Origin: Nanobdellota archaeon
GTDB lineage: Archaea > Nanobdellota > Nanobdellia > Woesearchaeales > JAGWAF01
Length of the DNA stretch: 48,668 nt
Reading direction: 5' to 3'
NCBI GenBank assembly: GCA_038046365.1
Contig: JBBSWF010000024.1
Location: 1 to 48,668, forward strand
Shown: positions 41,357 to 48,668 of the stretch, piece by piece
Position numbering within the stretch: position 1 is the stretch's first letter
Layout: every line of letters starts with the position of its first letter
The notes under the pieces: generated by a model
What the model saw: the letters and a program-made list of their open reading frames with translations, nothing else
What the model was told of the DNA's origin: nothing
Database searches by the model: none
Position numbers and translations under genes: made by a program

Positions 41357-41537
41357 GGTTAATACATGGGCGCGACCGTATAAAAACATTTGCTTGAATC
41401 AGTATTCTCGAACTCGCCCGCCTGTTTGAGGCTGCGGCCTCTAACACATCTCGGCTGCACCTTCGATGTGAGGGCGGGGCTCACTCAGGGTATACTGTTG
41501 TCCTCGAAAGCTTTATATAGGGCATAGATTTAACTAT

Positions 41538-41549
41538 CGTTAATTAACG
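41538..41549 (+). promoter_or_regulatory. Perfect 12-nt palindrome CGTTAATTAACG between the TATA-like box (41513-41520) and the sufC start
   Basis: Positioned about 18 nt downstream of CTTTATATAG and 34 nt upstream of ATG 41583, the position expected for an operator. Confidence 0.35.
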
Positions 41550-41582
41550 TTGTTTAAACACGCTTTGGAACAGGTGAAAAAC

Positions 41583-42359
41583 ATGGAACAAAACCCGCCC
41601 ACACTCGAGATCAAGGACCTCAAAGTAAGCGTAGCCGGCAAATCCATACTCGATGGGGTCACACTCACTATCAAATCAGACGAAGTGCACGCGCTCATGG
41701 GCCCGAATGGATCGGGGAAAAGCACATTGTCGTATGCGCTCGCTGGACATCCGCGGTACAAGATCGATGGTGGTACTGCCCGGCTGGATGGCAAAGATAT
41801 ACTCTCACTTCCTCCTCATGAGAGGGCTATAGCCGGGATGTTCCTAGCATTCCAGCACCCCCAAGAGATACAAGGCCTCAACATGGGCCACTTCCTATTC
41901 TCTATCGCCAAAGCCAGGGACACATCGCTGTCTCCAGTGAAGTTCAAACAGAGGATCGATTCAGCTCTGCGGACGCTTGGGATAGACAAGAAGTTCCTAG
42001 AGCGGCAACTCAACGTCGGATTCTCGGGAGGGGAGAAGAAACGGGCTGAAGTGCTTCAACTGATACTGTCAGAGCCATCGCTTGCCATACTCGACGAGAC
42101 AGATTCCGGGCTTGACGTGGACTCACTGCGCGTGGTGTCCACTGCGGTGAACAGCATGAGGAGCCCGAAGTTCTGCGCGCTTGTCATCACCCACTATCCT
42201 CATATCCTGCAACACCTGAAACCTGACGTGGTGCACGTCTTAGTGAAAGGCAAGATCGCCGCGACAGGGGGCTCTGAGCTCGCCAACAAGATCGAGAAAG
42301 AAGGTTACGCTGCATTCGGCGGAACAGATGCCCGAGACGACGTCTTCAAGATTGTCTGA
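41583..42359 (+). CDS. sufC: Fe-S cluster assembly ATPase SufC
   Basis: Walker A GPNGSGKST, ABC signature FSGGEKKR, Walker B ILDETDSGLD and H-loop ITHY. Confidence 0.9.
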   Translation: MEQNPPTLEIKDLKVSVAGKSILDGVTLTIKSDEVHALMGPNGSGKSTLSYALAGHPRYKIDGGTARLDGKDILSLPPHERAIAGMFLAFQHPQEIQGLNMGHFLFSIAKARDTSLSPVKFKQRIDSALRTLGIDKKFLERQLNVGFSGGEKKRAEVLQLILSEPSLAILDETDSGLDVDSLRVVSTAVNSMRSPKFCALVITHYPHILQHLKPDVVHVLVKGKIAATGGSELANKIEKEGYAAFGGTDARDDVFKIV

Positions 42360-42368
42360 GGAATCAAG

Positions 42369-44981
42369 ATGGGCGACGATCAAAAGGGGGATTCGAGCGA
42401 GCGCACTACTCCAGATTTCAAAGAGCTCGCGAAGACTGAATACGAGCAAAAATACGGCTTCCATGACCCTGAAGAATCAGTGATGAGAATACCCAAAGGA
42501 TTGAGCCATGACGTGGTCAAGGCGATCTCTGCCGCAAAAAGAGAGCCCAAATGGATGCTTGACATACGACTGGCTGCATTCGAGATATTCCTCGCGAAGA
42601 AGATGCCAACATGGGGCGGGGATCTCTCAAAGATAGACTTCGACAACATTACATATTATCTGAAACCGTCAGAGAACACTGGACGCGACTGGAAAGACGT
42701 GCCGGATCGTATAAAGAAGACGTTCGAGAGGCTCGGCATCCCTGAAGCAGAGCAGAAGTTCTTAGGCGGCGTCGGAGCGCAATACGAGTCCGAATCAGTG
42801 TATCATTCTCTACGGGATGACCTGTCGAAACAAGGGGTGATCTTCTGTGACATGGACACGGCCCTGCGCGAACATCCAGAGGTCGTCAAGAAATTCTTTG
42901 GCACTATTGTGCCTTCGGGCGACAACAAGTTCGCCGCTTTAAACACCGCGGTCTGGTCAGGAGGCAGCTTCGTATACGTTCCCAAAGGGGTGGCAGTGAA
43001 ATTACCTCTGCAGGCGTACTTTCGCATCAACGCGAAGAACATGGGACAGTTCGAGCGAACGTTGATAATAGCTGACGAAGGCGCTTCGGTTCATTACATC
43101 GAAGGATGCTTTGTCAAAAGAACACTGATCAAGACCCTCGGTGGATTGAAACCCATCGAAAGCATCAACGTAGGGGATCATGTCTTGACCCATACTGGAG
43201 AGTTCAGGCCAGTATACGATCTGCAGCGCAGGAAACATAACGGAATACTTTGCACACTACGCTATTTCGGGGATTCGAGGCAGACAATCAAGATCACTGG
43301 GGGCCATCCGGTCTTTGCTGTCCGCAGGACTAACAAGGATGCCAAGAATTCAACATGGAATCCTCAATGGATTGAAGCAGGCCAGCTCAATAAAGGGGAC
43401 TACATCGCTATCCCAATAGACCGCACAGTCATCTCCCACAAGGACAGGTTCTTCCCGATTGAGATGGGCAGTAAAAGCCACCCTCTCCCAACGATCCAAT
43501 ACAGATTCGAGATGAACGGCAGTTTCTTCAGGCTCGCAGGCTACTACCTGGCTGAAGGAAGTGTAATCAACGACCATCACCTCACATTCACCTTCAACAA
43601 GAACGAACGCGATTATATCGATGATACCAAATCATTGCTGGAGGAGCATTTTGGCAAAGAGCCGATCGAAGGGAAAGAATATAACGGGGGAGTCACGCTG
43701 ACCCTTTGCAGCACCCCTGCGGCTCGATTCTTCGCAAAAGAGTTTGGAAAAGGCGCAGCCAACAAGTCATTACCTCCATGGTTCATGGCAGAGGATCCTA
43801 AAAAACAGGCAGAGTTCATCAAAGGCTATTGGCGCGGCGATGGAAACTACTTCTTCAAAAAGTATCCGTGGGGAACCAAGCGCATGTTCAGAATAAATAC
43901 TATCTCTGAAAAGCTCGCAGAACAAACAAGGGACATCCTGCTCAGGTTAGACATCTTCGCTTCGATAAACGTATGGAATAATATCCCTCCAAGAAAAACA
44001 GGATATGCGGTCTATGTCGGGGGCTCATTCATTCAAGAATTCTCGCACATTGTTGGATCAGAGAGCTCTGGAGAGGTTGCGACTCCGGTCGAAACTGGAG
44101 GGACACAAACCCTCCTGCAAAAGACCGCCGTCTCCTACGCGCACATCACAGAAAAGCACGCTTTTGTCCCGATCCGGCAGATCATCAAAGAAGCGGTATC
44201 TGGTCTTGACGTCTACAACTTCAGCGTCTTAGAGAATGAATCTTATGTCGCTGGGGGCATTGTCGTACATAACTGCACAGCGCCTGTCTACTCATCAGAC
44301 TCGCTGCATGCCGCGGTCGTCGAAGTCATCGCGCACAAAGACGCGAAGATACGCTACACAACAATACAGAACTGGTCAGGCGACGTCTACAACCTGGTCA
44401 CAAAAAGAGCGATGGCACGCGAGGGCGCGACTGTCGAGTGGATTGACGGCAACCTGGGATCGAAGCTCACGATGAAGTATCCATCTGTGATACTCGCTGG
44501 AAAAGGGGCTCGGGCGGACATATTATCCGTCGCTTACGCAGGCGAAGGACAGCACCAGGACGCTGGAGCGAAAGTGATACACCTAGCGCCAGAGACCACG
44601 TCGCGGATAATCTCCAAATCCGTGAGCAAAGATGGGGGTCGGTCGAGCTATAGGGGTATGGTCCGAATCGCGAAAGGGGCTATCGGGGCCGCATCTTCTG
44701 TGCGATGCGACGCGCTGATCCTGGATGATCGGTCCAGGTCAGACACATATCCAACAGTGAAGGCAGAAGAAGAGCAATCCACTATCGCGCACGAGGCGTA
44801 TGTAGGCCGCATCGGAGAGGACCAGCTGTTCTACCTCATGTCCAGAGGACTGCCTGAGGCAGAGGCGCTCGCATTGATCGTGCTGGGATTCATCAACGAG
44901 TTCACAAAAGAGCTGCCGATGGAATACTCCATCGAGATGAACAAACTGATACGCCTCGAGATGGAAGGGAGCGTCGGGTGA
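42369..44981 (+). CDS. sufB: Fe-S cluster assembly protein SufB, interrupted by an in-frame intein
   Basis: SufB N- and C-exteins (..ASVHYIEG | CTAPVYSSDSLHAAVVE..AKIRYTTIQNW..) total 481 aa around a 389-aa insertion. Confidence 0.9.
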   Translation: MGDDQKGDSSERTTPDFKELAKTEYEQKYGFHDPEESVMRIPKGLSHDVVKAISAAKREPKWMLDIRLAAFEIFLAKKMPTWGGDLSKIDFDNITYYLKPSENTGRDWKDVPDRIKKTFERLGIPEAEQKFLGGVGAQYESESVYHSLRDDLSKQGVIFCDMDTALREHPEVVKKFFGTIVPSGDNKFAALNTAVWSGGSFVYVPKGVAVKLPLQAYFRINAKNMGQFERTLIIADEGASVHYIEGCFVKRTLIKTLGGLKPIESINVGDHVLTHTGEFRPVYDLQRRKHNGILCTLRYFGDSRQTIKITGGHPVFAVRRTNKDAKNSTWNPQWIEAGQLNKGDYIAIPIDRTVISHKDRFFPIEMGSKSHPLPTIQYRFEMNGSFFRLAGYYLAEGSVINDHHLTFTFNKNERDYIDDTKSLLEEHFGKEPIEGKEYNGGVTLTLCSTPAARFFAKEFGKGAANKSLPPWFMAEDPKKQAEFIKGYWRGDGNYFFKKYPWGTKRMFRINTISEKLAEQTRDILLRLDIFASINVWNNIPPRKTGYAVYVGGSFIQEFSHIVGSESSGEVATPVETGGTQTLLQKTAVSYAHITEKHAFVPIRQIIKEAVSGLDVYNFSVLENESYVAGGIVVHNCTAPVYSSDSLHAAVVEVIAHKDAKIRYTTIQNWSGDVYNLVTKRAMAREGATVEWIDGNLGSKLTMKYPSVILAGKGARADILSVAYAGEGQHQDAGAKVIHLAPETTSRIISKSVSKDGGRSSYRGMVRIAKGAIGAASSVRCDALILDDRSRSDTYPTVKAEEEQSTIAHEAYVGRIGEDQLFYLMSRGLPEAEALALIVLGFINEFTKELPMEYSIEMNKLIRLEMEGSVG
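43107..44273 (+). mobile_element. SufB intein with LAGLIDADG homing-endonuclease domain (389 aa)
   Basis: Begins with Cys (CFVKRTLIKT), ends VVHN, followed by +1 Cys (CTAP). LAGLIDADG blocks LAGYYLAEGS and IKGYWRGDGN. The frame is continuous with both exteins. Confidence 0.85.
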
Positions 44982-44985
44982 GATC

Positions 44986-47379
44986 ATGAAAAAACCCGGG
45001 AAAGAAATCCTGCCGACAGGCGATAGCGGGAGTCTAGCCAAGAAAAACCTGGATTCATCAGACATGACCATGCTAGTCGAATCCCAAGAAATCAATCAAC
45101 ATAAGATAGAGCGATTCTGCAACACAGACAACACAATTGTCCAGAGCGGAAAGACTTCAATCTCACGGATCGGGAACAATACCGCCGGCATAAGATTCAT
45201 GACAATAAATGATGCCCTAAAGATCGACGCCGCACTAAAGGACCGACTCTCAAAAAATACCTTGTTCCCGATATCTCCACAGGCTGAAGCGAACATGGCT
45301 TGCTTTGAAGCAGGGATATTTCTTGATGCACCCGAGAGAGCAGCAGGGACATTCCGGCACATACTATTGTCTGACGCCAACCTCGCAGACCGCAGCATAG
45401 TGGCTTGCGGAACCGGGTCCGACGTGACACTAATAATAGACCAGAGGTCAGCGACAGACGCAGCCGCGAGAAGGAACGGATACCTCTCTTGCAGGCTAAG
45501 CGAGAGATCCACACTAATGATAATCGAGCTCCAAAGATTCAACAGCAAAGTCTCGCAAGCCACTACGATCAACGCTGAAGTGGGCAAGATGGCCAAGCTG
45601 ATACACATAGTAGCAACGATCGGCGGGGGAGAATCAGACAACCAGAACAACTTCATCATCACAGGACACGGCGGAGAAATCACCCAAAGGCATGTGACAC
45701 TAGCATCAGGAAAAGAAGACCACAAGACCCACACGCAGATCATCCACCGGTCACAATGCGGAAAATCGGACGTCGCAGTCAGATCCGTGGCTGATGGCAA
45801 CGCGAAAGTCGTATCGCACTCGACTGTCAAGATAGAAAGCTCCGGGCAGAAGACCGCCTCGCGAGTGACTGATCATTCGATGATGATATCGCCTGGAGCC
45901 AGATGCGAGTCGATACCATCGATGGAGATACTCGCAAATGACGTGCAGGCCGGGCACAGCGCGTCCACTAGCCAACTCGATCCAGAGAACATATTCTACC
46001 TACAAGCGCGCGGATTGGATGAATCAGAAGCCAAGAAGCAGATTGTCACAGGGTTCCTCAAAGGAATATTCGATGAAGAGAACCTGCCATCTTCGAGCGG
46101 AGTCGTATGCCTCAATGAATTGGTCGAGCACAGGTTCGAGACACTGCACCACGATCCATTGACAAGCGGGATGAACCGAGGCGACTTCCCGATACTCAAC
46201 TCGAAGATCAATGGAAAACCTCTTGTCTATCTCGACAATGCGGCGACGACACAGAAACCAAGGATGGTGCTCGACGCGATGGAGTCATTCTATCTCAAGG
46301 ACAACGCCAACATCCATCGGGGAATACACACGCTCGGCGAGCGGGCGACCAATCACTACGAAGCTGCGCGCAAGAAAGCCGCGAATTTCATCAACGCGAA
46401 GCCAAGCGAGATAGTGTTCGTTCGAAACGCCACAGAGGCCTTGAACCTTGTCGCCTATACTTTGGCGCGACAGAAGATGCGCGTAAGCGACAGGATACTA
46501 CTGACTGCGATGGAACACCACTCCAACATCGTTCCATGGCAGTTGGCGTGCGCAGAGACAAAGGCGATGATCGACGTGGTTGAAGTGACTCCTGATGGGG
46601 TGCTTGATTCTGAGTCCTTGCGACGAGGACTGGCGCAGAGCCCGAAGATATTCTCATTCACCCATGTGTCCAACGTGCTAGGCACGATCAATGACGCCAA
46701 GGAATTGACAAGGCGAGGGCACCAAGCAGGAGCGATCGTGGTCGTGGATGGAGCGCAGTCAGCTCCGCACATGCTTGTCGATGTCAAGGATATAGACTGC
46801 GACGTGTTTGTGTTCTCAGGGCACAAGATGCTGGGGCCCACAGGAATAGGAGTGCTTTACATGAAACAAGGATTGCTAAACGAACTGCCTCCTTTCCTAG
46901 GGGGCGGCGGGATGATAAAAGAAGTATCGTTTGAGAAAGTGTCGTTTAAGAGCGGACCTGAGAGGTTTGAAGCAGGCACGCCAGACATCGCAGGAGCGGT
47001 GGGACTAGGCGCTGCCATCGATTACCTCGAGACGATCGGGATGGAGAGAGTCAAGACGCATAACGACTCGCTTGTGGCATATGCCTGGGAAAGACTATCT
47101 TCTCTCAAGCAGGTGAAACTGTATGGGCCTGCCGCCCTGTCTATGAGGGCCGGAGCGATATCATTCAACCTCGGCGACATACACGCGCACGACGTCAGCA
47201 GCGTGCTAGACGAAGAAGGCGTCGAAATACGGGCAGGGAACCACTGCGCGATGCCATTGCTTGATCGGCTGGGTGTCGTAGCTACCTGCCGCGCGTCATT
47301 TTACGTCTACAATTCCAAAAATGATATCGACCAGCTGATCGAGGCGCTCAAGAAAGCGATAAAGGTGTTTAGGTTATGA
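44986..47379 (+). CDS. sufD-sufS: SufD-SufS fusion protein (SufD scaffold domain plus type II cysteine desulfurase)
   Basis: aa 1-395 are SufD-like (..FYLQARGLDESEAKKQIVTGFL..). From Met396 (ATG 46171) comes a full SufS: FPILNSKINGKPLVYLDNAATTQKP, PLP-Lys FSGHKMLGPTGIGVLY and catalytic Cys RAGNHCAMP. Confidence 0.85.
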   Translation: MKKPGKEILPTGDSGSLAKKNLDSSDMTMLVESQEINQHKIERFCNTDNTIVQSGKTSISRIGNNTAGIRFMTINDALKIDAALKDRLSKNTLFPISPQAEANMACFEAGIFLDAPERAAGTFRHILLSDANLADRSIVACGTGSDVTLIIDQRSATDAAARRNGYLSCRLSERSTLMIIELQRFNSKVSQATTINAEVGKMAKLIHIVATIGGGESDNQNNFIITGHGGEITQRHVTLASGKEDHKTHTQIIHRSQCGKSDVAVRSVADGNAKVVSHSTVKIESSGQKTASRVTDHSMMISPGARCESIPSMEILANDVQAGHSASTSQLDPENIFYLQARGLDESEAKKQIVTGFLKGIFDEENLPSSSGVVCLNELVEHRFETLHHDPLTSGMNRGDFPILNSKINGKPLVYLDNAATTQKPRMVLDAMESFYLKDNANIHRGIHTLGERATNHYEAARKKAANFINAKPSEIVFVRNATEALNLVAYTLARQKMRVSDRILLTAMEHHSNIVPWQLACAETKAMIDVVEVTPDGVLDSESLRRGLAQSPKIFSFTHVSNVLGTINDAKELTRRGHQAGAIVVVDGAQSAPHMLVDVKDIDCDVFVFSGHKMLGPTGIGVLYMKQGLLNELPPFLGGGGMIKEVSFEKVSFKSGPERFEAGTPDIAGAVGLGAAIDYLETIGMERVKTHNDSLVAYAWERLSSLKQVKLYGPAALSMRAGAISFNLGDIHAHDVSSVLDEEGVEIRAGNHCAMPLLDRLGVVATCRASFYVYNSKNDIDQLIEALKKAIKVFRL

Positions 47380-47861
47380 ACGATAATACTGGGGTGGATG
47401 AGGATAAAACCGGGAATCAATCGCCGCCTGCCGAGGACAGCTTCCCAGACGGAGTCCCTTTCGAGAACAGGCTGATGTACACAGAGATACTCCTCGATTA
47501 TTACCGCAATCCTCGCTGCTTCGGCACAATCGAGAATTACCATGTGCACGCACGGGACACGAACCCCTCTTGCGGGGATGTCATCGAATTCTTCGCACGC
47601 GTGAACCGCGACAAGGTCATCACTGAGATAAAATTCACTGGAAAGGGATGCGCCATATCACAAGCAGCGGCATCCATGCTGGCAGAGGCGATGATGGGCA
47701 AGAATATAAATGAAATCGTCAAACTCGACAAGAAACAGATGCTTGAGATGGTAGGCATCCCGATCTCCATGATGCGGATGAAGTGCGCATTGCTTGGGAT
47801 GAAGGTGCTCAAGGTCGGAGTGTACCAGTATCTTGGGAAGGAGATGGAAGAGGGAGACTGA
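47376..47861 (+). CDS. sufU: SufU (IscU/NifU-N-like sulfur acceptor)
   Basis: LDYYRNPRCFG, NPSCGDVIE, GKGCAISQAAASM and KCALLG motifs. 4-nt overlap with sufD-sufS. Confidence 0.85.
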   Translation: MNDNTGVDEDKTGNQSPPAEDSFPDGVPFENRLMYTEILLDYYRNPRCFGTIENYHVHARDTNPSCGDVIEFFARVNRDKVITEIKFTGKGCAISQAAASMLAEAMMGKNINEIVKLDKKQMLEMVGIPISMMRMKCALLGMKVLKVGVYQYLGKEMEEGD

Positions 47862-47907
47862 TCTGTTCTGTATAAACATTATTATACCAAATGAATTTCC
47901 TATTTTT

Positions 47908-48636
47908 ATGGGACTGAAAACAGTATTCATATTAGTCTTAATGTTCGTCGCTATTCATTCTTCAGCTTTCGCAATTAACACCACTATCCCGGGGAATGTA
48001 TCGACTTGTAATCATAATTTCGATATCGAGTATAGGCTTTCATCTTTTCTTCCTCATCCTTCTTCAAACATGAGCAAATATCAATACCCCTACTTCAGAG
48101 AGGACGATACCTTACGTTTATCTTACCTTCAAGTGAGTAACTCGGCTAAATGCCCATCTTCAAGCCAGCGGTTGAGTTTATATTTAGTTGGCCCGGATCA
48201 AATAACTCGTCCTTCTTGCTTAGAGAACGTCAATATCCCTCCTTTAGGAATTGCAGAATCCTATCGTGTCTTCCTTAATCAGTCTTTAAACACAAACCTA
48301 AACTTAGCATATTCTGATTATTCTAACCGAACAGTGTCATTTTGTGGTGTTAGATTGGATTCTATAGGAACTTGGAGAATTAAGATCGAAATGGGGGCCG
48401 TATACACCAATGAAAGTACTGCCGGCGGGTTTGGTTATAATGAGCAAGATTGGTTTAAGGTTAGATCTATCGGAGAGATAAACTCGGATGAGCTTCAGAT
48501 CAGCTCGCTGAAGTCATCTTACCTTAATATTCTTATTGCCATATTTGCCGTATGGATAACAGTTATAATCGAGCTTGGTGCTCAAATAAGCAAATCAATT
48601 GAGAAATACAATCTTCGTATTTGTATAGCTCTTTAG
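47908..48636 (+). CDS. Secreted, C-terminally membrane-anchored hypothetical protein, rich in N-glycosylation sequons
   Basis: From ATG 47908: signal peptide MGLKTVFILVLMFVAIHSSAFA, six N-x-S/T sequons (NTT, NVS, NMS, NQS, NRT, NES) and C-terminal TM YLNILIAIFAVWITVIIELGA. The gene is markedly more A/T-rich than its neighbours. Confidence 0.5.
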   Translation: MGLKTVFILVLMFVAIHSSAFAINTTIPGNVSTCNHNFDIEYRLSSFLPHPSSNMSKYQYPYFREDDTLRLSYLQVSNSAKCPSSSQRLSLYLVGPDQITRPSCLENVNIPPLGIAESYRVFLNQSLNTNLNLAYSDYSNRTVSFCGVRLDSIGTWRIKIEMGAVYTNESTAGGFGYNEQDWFKVRSIGEINSDELQISSLKSSYLNILIAIFAVWITVIIELGAQISKSIEKYNLRICIAL

Positions 48637-48668
48637 CATAGGTTTGTGGTGAGCATGCGTTGGAGTTC

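Noticed and set aside
331-47930. Numerous 60-250-aa ORFs antisense to or overlapping long genes (for example 331..747, 1419..1880, 15992..16507, 17228..17581, 20657..20929, 36007..36378, 45096..45830, 46455..46841)
   Set aside because: Each lies entirely within a gene that has strong motif support on the other strand or frame. Each also has the Arg/Ser/Pro/Cys-rich or low-complexity composition typical of non-coding frames.

Overview
This looks like an archaeal chromosomal segment. It has a family-B DNA polymerase, a class-I IleRS, Kae1, TrmB and Lrp/AsnC regulators, A/T-rich TATA-like boxes about 20-30 nt upstream of many starts, and a tRNA intron with a bulge-helix-bulge motif. I count about 55 credible protein genes, one canonical tRNA-Pro(CGG) and two unusual tRNA-scaffold RNA genes. 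Housekeeping genes include ileS, polB, kae1, trxB, an NfnAB/GltD-like oxidoreductase pair, an IMPase-family phosphatase and a CMP/dCMP-type deaminase. There is also a complete SUF Fe-S locus: sufC, an intein-containing sufB, a fused sufD-sufS and sufU. It sits next to a divergent HTH/Cys-rich regulator, a CGCC microprotein and a DUF1858-IscA fusion. Accessory content is dominated by seven toxin-antitoxin loci. Two HicAB pairs, one VapBC and one DUF4258/DUF2283 pair look intact. A MazF-like toxin, a RelE-like toxin and a second VapC are broken by an in-frame TGA, an in-frame TAG and a deletion respectively. The most interesting observations are: (i) a cyclodipeptide synthase (CDPS) gene heads a co-directional block with a ThrC-family PLP enzyme, an MFS transporter and an NPPY-methyltransferase/kinase-like fusion, divergent from a tandem Lrp/AsnC regulator; this is a candidate archaeal diketopiperazine gene cluster with a tailoring set I do not recognise. 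(ii) Two paralogous tRNA-scaffold genes share promoter/leader, acceptor stem and trailer; one has a textbook BHB intron at position 59/60, and the other has a roughly 100-nt insertion I could not resolve. (iii) SufD and SufS are fused, and SufB carries a LAGLIDADG intein. (iv) A DHH / HD / SWIM / SNF2 gene run lies next to one tRNA-scaffold gene. I saw no CRISPR array, rRNA, transposase or integrase. All calls rest on motif recognition by eye; no searches were run.
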